Positions 41,379 to 48,730 of a DNA stretch of 64,000 nucleotides are shown here, piece by piece (position 1 is the first letter of the stretch; each line of letters begins with the position of its first letter). The stretch spans positions 320,001 to 384,000 of the forward strand of contig CAWCDG010000003.1 in NCBI GenBank assembly GCA_963794325.1, read 5' to 3'. A program made the position numbers and the translations under genes. Origin of the DNA: an uncultured delta proteobacterium (GTDB taxonomy: Bacteria; Desulfobacterota; Binatia; Binatales; Binataceae). The notes under the pieces were generated by a model that saw only the letters and a list, made by a program, of their open reading frames with translations, made no database searches and was not told where the DNA came from.

Positions 41379-41407
41379 TTGACACCCTATTCAAGGATTG
41401 GAATACT
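41379..41407 (+). promoter_or_regulatory. Sigma70-like promoter with overlapping palindrome upstream of the carotenoid oxygenase
   Basis: TTGACA (41379-84), 17-nt spacer, AATACT; TATTC-N8-GAATA at 41388-41405. Confidence 0.5.
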
Positions 41408-41445
41408 CTAATTCCCCAGCACGAAAAGGAAGTCGAGGTGACGAC

Positions 41446-42813
41446 ATGCACGACTCAGCCAATCCCTACCTGACCGGCAACTACGCTCCGTGGCGCGAGG
41501 AAACTGACGCGTTCGACCTCGAGATCGACGGCGAGCTGCCGCGCGAGCTCAACGGCGCCCTTTATCGCATCGGCCCCAACCCGCACTTCAAGCCGCCCGG
41601 CCGCTACCATTGGTTCGACGGCGACGGGATGGTCCATGCGTTCATCCTGCGCGACGGCCGCGCCGCCTATCGCAATCGCTACGTCCGCACTGACGGCCTC
41701 AAGGCTGAGATGAAAGCGGGGCGCGCGCTGTTCGGGGGATTGCTCGAGCAGCCGCGCGAGATGACCCCCGATCTGCCGCCATTCAAGAACGCTGCGAACA
41801 CCAATATCATCGGCTACGCCAACCGCTTGCTCGCGCTGTTCGAAGCCGCGTCGCCGCACGAGCTCCAACCGTTGACGCTCGAAACCATCGGCCTGTTCGA
41901 TTTCGGCGGCAAGTTGACCGGTCCCGTCACGGCGCATCCGAAGTTCGATCCCGTCACCGGCGACTTGCTGTTCTTTGCCTACCAACCGTTTCCGCCGTAC
42001 GCGACTTGGTACCGCGCGAGTCGCGACGGCAAGCTCCTCGAGTCGCGCCCAATCGATACCGGACTGCCCGTGATGATGCATGATTTTATCGCGACCGATA
42101 ACTATGCGATCTTTTTCGTGTGCCCGTCCGTGTTCCATCTCGAGAACGCGGCGGCGGGGAAGCCGCTCTTCAATTGGGAGCCGCAGCATGGAACCAAAAT
42201 CGGCGTGATGAACCGTAAGACCGGCGACGTGAAATGGTTTCAGGACGAAGCGTTCTTCATCTTTCATTTCCTGAACGCGTACGAAGAGCACGGGTCGCTG
42301 GTCGTCGATGGATGCAGAATGGAGTCGCTCGACATGAGCGGCAATTCATTTGGCGGCAAGCCTGCGATGCCGTGGCGATGGAATCTGAATCTTAAAGAGG
42401 GCTCGATGCGCCAGCGGCAAATCGATGACCTACCCTCCGAATTTCCGCGCTTCGACGAGCGCATCGCCGGCCGCAAGCATCGCTACGGCTACTTCGCCGG
42501 CGGCAATCCGGTATCTCCGCAACATGAGACGAGTTTCAAGGCGCTGCTCAAGCGCGACTACCAGACTGACAAACTCGAAGCTCACGACCTCGGCAAGAAC
42601 TTCGCTCCCGGAGAGCCGGTCTTCGTGCCACGCTCCGCGAAGTCGTCCGAGGACGATGGATGGGTGCTCGCGGTCTGGTATGACGAGGCGCTCAACCGCA
42701 GCGAGATGGTGGTGCTCAACGCGCAGAATTTCGCGGGCGCGCCCGTCGCGAGGATCAAATTGCAGCATCGCGTGCCGTGGGGCTTCCACGGCAACTGGGT
42801 GCCCGCGCAATGA
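41446..42813 (+). CDS. Carotenoid oxygenase / lignostilbene dioxygenase family protein
   Basis: NPYLTGNYAP, HWFDGDGMVH, TAHPK, MMHDF, FHFLNAYE, EFPR, GEPVFVP, GFHGNW (four Fe-binding His). Confidence 0.93.
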   Translation: MHDSANPYLTGNYAPWREETDAFDLEIDGELPRELNGALYRIGPNPHFKPPGRYHWFDGDGMVHAFILRDGRAAYRNRYVRTDGLKAEMKAGRALFGGLLEQPREMTPDLPPFKNAANTNIIGYANRLLALFEAASPHELQPLTLETIGLFDFGGKLTGPVTAHPKFDPVTGDLLFFAYQPFPPYATWYRASRDGKLLESRPIDTGLPVMMHDFIATDNYAIFFVCPSVFHLENAAAGKPLFNWEPQHGTKIGVMNRKTGDVKWFQDEAFFIFHFLNAYEEHGSLVVDGCRMESLDMSGNSFGGKPAMPWRWNLNLKEGSMRQRQIDDLPSEFPRFDERIAGRKHRYGYFAGGNPVSPQHETSFKALLKRDYQTDKLEAHDLGKNFAPGEPVFVPRSAKSSEDDGWVLAVWYDEALNRSEMVVLNAQNFAGAPVARIKLQHRVPWGFHGNWVPAQ

Positions 42814-43481
42814 AGAAGGCGACACGCTCCGCGCGCGCAATCGGCGACCTGCGTGTTCCCACCAGGAAAGCGTCGCTTGATCTCGCGCTGCTCGGATTGA
42901 TCGCGGAAGTGCCCGGCGTGTCCGGCTACGACATCATGAAGATCTTCGATCTGTCGATGGCGCATTACTGGCATGCGCATCCGACACAGATCTATCCGAC
43001 CCTGGAGCGCATGGAGTCGCTCGGGCTGATCAAGAGCCGCAACGTCGTGCAGCGCAATCGCCCGAACAAGCGCCTGTACACGATCAGGCCCTCGGGCGAG
43101 AGATTGTTGATCGAATGGCTCGAAAGCGGGTTCGAGGGAATCAACCTGAAGCATCCGCCGTTGCTGCGATGCCGGTTCCTCGGAAATCTCGGACCCGACC
43201 GCGCGATCGCAGCGCTCGAGGAGGAGCGCGAGGCGTGGGCGCGGCATCTGAAGGTTTATCGGCAACTCGAGCAGGGCTATTTCGCGGGCGGGAAAAGCTA
43301 TCGCGACGTGAACGCGATGTTCTCGTGGTTCACGCTCAAGCGCGGGATCGATTGGATGGAGGAAAATATCGGATGGTGCGAGTGGGCGATCGCCGAGATC
43401 GAGCGGAATCGCGCACTGTTCCCAGCCGAGAATATGCGCACCCAGATGAAGCCGCCGATACGAGCAAAACAATCCGCTTGA
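42810..43481 (+). CDS. PadR family transcriptional regulator
   Basis: SGYDIMK...QIYPTLERM...PNKRLYTI; ATG overlaps the oxygenase stop. Confidence 0.88.
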   Translation: MKKATRSARAIGDLRVPTRKASLDLALLGLIAEVPGVSGYDIMKIFDLSMAHYWHAHPTQIYPTLERMESLGLIKSRNVVQRNRPNKRLYTIRPSGERLLIEWLESGFEGINLKHPPLLRCRFLGNLGPDRAIAALEEEREAWARHLKVYRQLEQGYFAGGKSYRDVNAMFSWFTLKRGIDWMEENIGWCEWAIAEIERNRALFPAENMRTQMKPPIRAKQSA

Positions 43482-43485
43482 TTTC

Positions 43486-43548
43486 AATGTGAAACCTTCC
43501 CGGTTTCACGCTTCCTGGGCAGGGCTAAGCCCTGCACCTTAGTATTAA
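43486..43548 (+). repeat. Tri-hairpin repeat, copy D (inverted, two hairpins)
   Basis: AATGTGAAACC-TTCCC-GGTTTCACGCTTCC-N-GGCAGGGC-TAA-GCCCTGCACC-N-AGTATTAA; reverse-complement relative of copy A. Confidence 0.8.
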
Positions 43549-43618
43549 GAAAGATGCGGGCCCGAGCGAGTGCCGTAACCTTTTCGGGGCATTGCGGTTT
43601 CTGTAGATAGAGGCTGAT

Positions 43619-44275
43619 GTGTCCGCTCGATCTGTATCCTTATATTCGCGCTCTGCTGCGAGCGAGAACCGTCGCGCGGGCGTTGCGGAGCGTGGGTTGA
43701 AGGCGCGGGGCGCATCCATCATCGATGCTGGTTACGCGGCGGAGCGGGCGCTGATCGAGGCTGCGCAGCGGGATCGGGGGCGGTTCGGTGAGTTGTACGA
43801 GACTCACTTTGAGCGCGTGTATGCCTATGTTGTGCGGCGGGTGCGGGATCGAGATGAAGCGCAGGATATTACTGCCGATGTTTTTCATCTGGCGCTGAAA
43901 AGTTTGCCGCGCTTTGAGTGGCGCGGGGTGCCTTTTGCGGCGTGGCTCTTCAGAATTGCTTTCAACGAAATTGCCGATCGATCGAAGAGCACCGCCAAGC
44001 TTCGGGCTCATCAACGCGAGGCTGTAGTCGATGCAGTGGACGACAGTGGCGGTGTCGCGACTGGATATGAGGAGGCGGAGCGGCGTGGGCGGTTGTTCAA
44101 GCTCGTCGAGCGGCTGCCGCGCGATCAATCGCGGGTGATTACGATGCGGTTTGCGGAGGATAAATCGATTCGCGAAATCGCGGCTGCGCTCGGACGCTCC
44201 GAGGGCAGCGTCAAGCAGCTTCAATTCCGCGCCATGCAGAATTTGCGGGTGCGGTTGGGTGATTCGAATGGCTAA
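43619..44275 (+). CDS. ECF RNA polymerase sigma factor
   Basis: FGELYETH, DEAQDITADVF, FAAWLFRIA (region 2); SIREIAAALGRSEGSVKQLQFRA (region 4). Start uncertain. Confidence 0.9.
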   Translation: MSARSVSLYSRSAASENRRAGVAERGLKARGASIIDAGYAAERALIEAAQRDRGRFGELYETHFERVYAYVVRRVRDRDEAQDITADVFHLALKSLPRFEWRGVPFAAWLFRIAFNEIADRSKSTAKLRAHQREAVVDAVDDSGGVATGYEEAERRGRLFKLVERLPRDQSRVITMRFAEDKSIREIAAALGRSEGSVKQLQFRAMQNLRVRLGDSNG

Positions 44276-45791
44276 GGGGAAACTGATCGAACAACTGGAC
44301 CATGCGGTGGAGGCGATCATGGCGAAGCCAGATGCGCCGCTCCCCACGTCGGATTCGCGGCTGGCGGCGATTCTGCGGATCGCGGGCGAGTTGCGGGATT
44401 TGCCGCGCGCCGATTTCAGGAATCGTCTGAAGGCTGATTTGGCAGCGCAATCGAAGGAGCTTGAATCTTCGCCGGCCGGTGGCAAGCCGCTGTTCACGCA
44501 TGCGGATATCGAAGAGCGCCTCAAGCAGTTGGCCGAACAGCCGAAATTTATCGTGCATGACGTGCGCGCGGCGCTGAGCGATTTGCCCGACATGTCGATG
44601 CGCTTCCTCGATTCGATGAATGCGCATCTTCTGGTAGCGTCGCGCGGCGATAAGCGCACGCATTGGGAGCGCCATCTCGGGTCCGACGAGATGATTTACG
44701 TGATGGATGGAGAGACCGATATTGTCACCTTGACCGACGGCGGGCCGGTCGAGTCGACGATTCACGCTGGCTCGTTGTTTGTTTGTCCCGAAGGAATGTG
44801 GCATCGCCTGACGCCGCGGCCGTTCGTGTCGGCGTTTTACCTGACGCCGAGCAACACCGAAGGCTCGGCCGCGGCAGACCCGCGGCCAAAGGGCGAGCGC
44901 GTCGCGAAGCGGCCAGTGCGCAGGGCAACCCTCGCGAAGCTCAAGGAGCACGATCTGCGCGCGGCACTGCGCTCGGTCCCGCATCTCAATATTACGGCGG
45001 ACACGACCGGCGAGGATGCTGACGCTGCCGTGCGCAGCATCGCGAAGATCGGGAATCTGACGCTCGGCGTAATGAGCTATACGGGTCTGACGCCCTGGGA
45101 GCGGCATCCCGATGGCGACGAGTTGCTGCTGGTGCTCGACGGCGAGCTCGCGGTGACGGCGCTTACCGACGACGGCCCGGTGAAGCGGAAGCTTCGCGCC
45201 GGCGAGGCCTTCGTGTGCCCGCAAGGATTGTGGCATCGGCAGTTCGCGGAGAAATCGGTGTCGATGCTGTACGGAACGCCGATCGAGCACGGTGCGGTTT
45301 CGTTCGCGGACGATCCGCGCGTCGAGAAAAAAGAAGCCAGCGCGCAGGGGCCGGGAGTTTCACGGAGCATCATGCCGTTCCTGAATATAGAGGGCGTTGC
45401 CAGCGCCGTGGATTTTTACAAGCGCGTGTTTGGCGCGACCGTGCTGATGCGCGACGAGGAGCCCAGCGGAATCGTGAGCCATGCGATGCTCAAGATGGGC
45501 GACACGACCGTGATGCTTTCCGACCCGACCTCGGCCGACGTACAACAGAACGACGTGAACCATCTCACGCGCTCGCCACGTTCGTACGGCGGCTCGCCGG
45601 TCCAGATGTACATCTACGTGGCGGACGTCGACCAAGTCGTGAAGCGCGCGATCGCCAACGGCGCCAGGGCGATCGACCAGGTCGAGAACCGCGACTGGGG
45701 CGACAGGTGTGGTGGGATCGAGGATCCCTACGGCCACATCTGGTTCGTAGGAACGCCGCTGAAGGATCTGCCTCCGAAGAAACTAAAATAG
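44268..45791 (+). CDS. Fusion protein: helical N-domain + two cupin domains + VOC/glyoxalase domain
   Basis: WERHLGSDEM...PEGMWH and WERHPDGDEL...PQGLWH cupins; MPFL...AVDFYKRVFGA...WGDR...DPYGHIW VOC; overlaps the sigma stop. Confidence 0.85.
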   Translation: MAKGKLIEQLDHAVEAIMAKPDAPLPTSDSRLAAILRIAGELRDLPRADFRNRLKADLAAQSKELESSPAGGKPLFTHADIEERLKQLAEQPKFIVHDVRAALSDLPDMSMRFLDSMNAHLLVASRGDKRTHWERHLGSDEMIYVMDGETDIVTLTDGGPVESTIHAGSLFVCPEGMWHRLTPRPFVSAFYLTPSNTEGSAAADPRPKGERVAKRPVRRATLAKLKEHDLRAALRSVPHLNITADTTGEDADAAVRSIAKIGNLTLGVMSYTGLTPWERHPDGDELLLVLDGELAVTALTDDGPVKRKLRAGEAFVCPQGLWHRQFAEKSVSMLYGTPIEHGAVSFADDPRVEKKEASAQGPGVSRSIMPFLNIEGVASAVDFYKRVFGATVLMRDEEPSGIVSHAMLKMGDTTVMLSDPTSADVQQNDVNHLTRSPRSYGGSPVQMYIYVADVDQVVKRAIANGARAIDQVENRDWGDRCGGIEDPYGHIWFVGTPLKDLPPKKLK

Positions 45792-45808
45792 CAACGCGGA
45801 GAAAAATC

Positions 45809-46306
45809 ATGGCTCGCAAAGTGAAGACAGTTCCCGACGGTTGGCATAGCGTGACTCCGTTCCTGTGCGTTCAGGACGCAGGGCGAGCGATCGAGTTCTA
45901 TCGCAATGTGTTCGGCGCGACAGAATTGCAACGCATGGCGGAGCCGGACGGGAAAGTCACGCATGCGGTACTGAAGATTGGCGATTCGATCGTGCGGCTC
46001 TCCGACGACAGCTCGAAGCACGCGGCGGAGTGGGTGGCGAAGGGCTGGTCGCGTAGTCCGCAATCGCTGGGCGGCACGCCAGTGCATTTTTATGTTTACG
46101 TCGAGGACTCGGACGCCGTGTTCAAACGCGCGGTCGCCGCGGGCGCGAAAGCGATGGAACCGGTGACGGACAAGGAGTGGGGCGACAGGCTTGGCTCGCT
46201 GACAGATCCGTTCGGACATATCTGGATAGTGGCGACTCACAAAAGAGATGTGCCAACAGAGGAAGTCTCGAAGCGGCGCGCAGGAGTCAGTCGCGCGGCA
46301 AACTGA
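45809..46306 (+). CDS. VOC family (PhnB/glyoxalase-like) protein
   Basis: HSVTPFL...AIEFYRNVFGA...HAVLKIGD...WGDR...DPFGHIW. Confidence 0.9.
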   Translation: MARKVKTVPDGWHSVTPFLCVQDAGRAIEFYRNVFGATELQRMAEPDGKVTHAVLKIGDSIVRLSDDSSKHAAEWVAKGWSRSPQSLGGTPVHFYVYVEDSDAVFKRAVAAGAKAMEPVTDKEWGDRLGSLTDPFGHIWIVATHKRDVPTEEVSKRRAGVSRAAN

Positions 46307-46308
46307 AG

Positions 46309-47877
46309 ATGAAAATTTCACGCATCATTTCGATCGTGGCGGCGCTGCTGTTCCTCCTCGCGGTTGCGCGGTTGACGCGGTTGGAAAATGCCGGGCCGCC
46401 GCATGTGTTCGTGATGCTGCCCGGGCAGGAGCCGGCAACGATGTATCTGCCGGGGCCGGGAGATCCGTTCTATACGCTGTTTCCCAAACCAGTTTCGCAG
46501 CGGCCGCCGGCTGTCGTGCTGATTCACGGCTTCACGGGCGATCGCGTGCTGATGAGCGGGCTCGCACGACGACTGGCGGAGAATGGTTACGCAGTGCTGG
46601 CGATCGACGTAAACGGGCACGGCGAGAATCGAAATCCGTTCAATGGCGGCACGGCTGAGAGCGACAGTCTGCGCGCGAACGTGAAGACCGCGGTCGATTA
46701 TCTGCGCGACAACAACCTCGTCGACGGATCGCGAATCGTCGTGATGGGGCATTCGATGGGCGCGGGAGCAGCGCTCGACTACGCGAACAACGATCCCAGT
46801 ATCAAGGGCGCGGTGATGATTTCGGGCGGCTGGGCGCTCGGTCCAAATCGTCCGAGGGACGCTCTGTTCATTTTTGCCGAGCGCGATCCGAAGGAGCCGA
46901 TCCAAGACCCGTCCACGGCGATCGCGTCTCATCTGGCGGCAGTGCCGCAGATCGAACTCGGCAAGACCTACGGCGACTTCGCGCAAGGTAACGCGGTCGA
47001 GGCATTCCGGGTGCCGGGCGTCGATCACGTGACGATCGTCAATTCCCCGGTAGCCGCGACCACGATCGTGAAATGGCTCGACAGCACGTTCGGAACCACG
47101 AGAGCCGGCGCGATCAAAGTCAAAGACGCGCGGCGTGGATCGGCGAGATTCGCGCTGTTGATGTTTGTGATCCTGCTGATTCCGCTGGGACGGGTTTGCG
47201 GCTCGATGGCGCCAAGTTGGGCCGAGGAGCGGCCGGGACCGAGCGGATGGATGGGCCTGCTGATACTCGCCGGTGCGCTGATTGCGGCGATGCCGCTGAC
47301 GGCGGCGAATCCGGCGTCGTTCGTGCCGATCGTAGTCGGCAGTATCCAGATCTCATGGTTCATGGTCGCCGGATTGATCGTGTTAGGGGTAATCGCGCTG
47401 TCGCACCCGCTGGAGTGGTACCGAATCCGCGAAGGAGCGGGCGGCGCGATGATCGCCGGGGCGGCGGGCTTCGCGGTGGTGTACGTATGCCAGGTCGCGA
47501 TGTCCGTGATGTTGCATCACCTGTCGCTCTCGCCCGAGCGGCTGATGGTGATGGCGATGGCGACGGTCCTCATGTTCCCGTTCTGGATGGGGTTTGAGTT
47601 GCTGGTGCGGCGCGGCGGGCTGACGATTTCGACGGTGTGCGCGTCGCTCGGCCGTATCCTGATCCTGGTTTTGATGGCGGTGGGCGTGAGCCTGAACGTG
47701 TTGCCGTTCGTGTTGATGTTGATCCTGCCGATACTGGCGATTGCGTTCGTAATGATCGAAATATTCGCGGCGTCTGCGTACAGCGCGTCGCGCAATCTGG
47801 TGGCGATCGCGGTTTTTGAAACGCTATGGTTCGCCTGGATGATCGCAGCGGTGAGCCCGATCACATTTATGTTCTAG
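46309..47877 (+). CDS. Alpha/beta hydrolase with C-terminal multi-TM membrane domain
   Basis: IHGFTG, GHSMGAG nucleophile motif, VDH; about 8 hydrophobic helices at the C-terminus. Confidence 0.82.
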   Translation: MKISRIISIVAALLFLLAVARLTRLENAGPPHVFVMLPGQEPATMYLPGPGDPFYTLFPKPVSQRPPAVVLIHGFTGDRVLMSGLARRLAENGYAVLAIDVNGHGENRNPFNGGTAESDSLRANVKTAVDYLRDNNLVDGSRIVVMGHSMGAGAALDYANNDPSIKGAVMISGGWALGPNRPRDALFIFAERDPKEPIQDPSTAIASHLAAVPQIELGKTYGDFAQGNAVEAFRVPGVDHVTIVNSPVAATTIVKWLDSTFGTTRAGAIKVKDARRGSARFALLMFVILLIPLGRVCGSMAPSWAEERPGPSGWMGLLILAGALIAAMPLTAANPASFVPIVVGSIQISWFMVAGLIVLGVIALSHPLEWYRIREGAGGAMIAGAAGFAVVYVCQVAMSVMLHHLSLSPERLMVMAMATVLMFPFWMGFELLVRRGGLTISTVCASLGRILILVLMAVGVSLNVLPFVLMLILPILAIAFVMIEIFAASAYSASRNLVAIAVFETLWFAWMIAAVSPITFMF

Positions 47878-47890
47878 GACTCCCCATATT

Positions 47891-47929
47891 CCGGTTCCCC
47901 TTCCCTCGAGGGAGGTTAGGGGTTAGGGT
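47891..47929 (+). repeat. REP-like CCCTTCCC..GGGA..GTTAGGGGTTAGGG module
   Basis: Degenerate copy of the 33992-34033 element. Confidence 0.7.
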
Positions 47930-48035
47930 GCCCGCTCATTCTCAGTGCACGAACGTGCTAAACTAATCGAAACAGATCGCTCGGTCTGCTTCATCTCTAA
48001 TTCAAACCGTCGCACGCGACGAAAGGAAAACAATC

Positions 48036-48497
48036 ATGCTCGAAACCGGGAAACCATTTGTGAATTTCAATCTGCAGAATCAGGACGGCCAGCCGATGAA
48101 GCTTGGCGATTTCGCGGGCAAGTGGCTGGTGGTGTACGTCTATCCCAAAGATGACACGCCGGGATGCACGATCCAGGGCAAGTCGTTCACCGCGAGCAAG
48201 GCGGACTTCGACGCGGCCGGAATCAAAGTGGTGGGAGTAAGTGCGGACGACGTTGCGTCGCACAAGAACTTCGCCAACAAGTTCGCGTTCACGATCGATC
48301 TGCTCGCGGATACCAACCATGAGCTGCTCAAGGCGGCGGGCGTCGGGCAGACCGACTACAACGGGACCAAGTATTGGAACCGGACCAGCTTTGTAATCGA
48401 TCCCAAGGGCAACCTGCGCAAGGTTTACGAAAAAGTGAATCCGCAAGGGCATGAAAAGGTGCTGCTCGACGATATCAAGGCGATGCAAAAGGGTTAG
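48036..48497 (+). CDS. bcp: Peroxiredoxin (BCP/PrxQ type)
   Basis: YPKDDTPGCT peroxidatic motif; single Cys. Confidence 0.9.
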   Translation: MLETGKPFVNFNLQNQDGQPMKLGDFAGKWLVVYVYPKDDTPGCTIQGKSFTASKADFDAAGIKVVGVSADDVASHKNFANKFAFTIDLLADTNHELLKAAGVGQTDYNGTKYWNRTSFVIDPKGNLRKVYEKVNPQGHEKVLLDDIKAMQKG

Positions 48498-48730
48498 CGT
48501 CCGGGCTCAGGATCGGGCTGCGATAGGCGGGTCGGGAACGTTTTGTTCTTGCCGTGAATTTTGCTTTGATAGATCAATGGGTAAGGCCCTGATCACACGG
48601 TGAGGACACCAGAACGTTTTGGCGGGTTACCTGAATTTCGGGCGAAATTTATCGTCCGATAATTAGATGGTCCGGTACTTGCCCTGCCTCATCATGACGC
48701 AAGAGTCTCTCTACATTCCAGGAGGAATGC

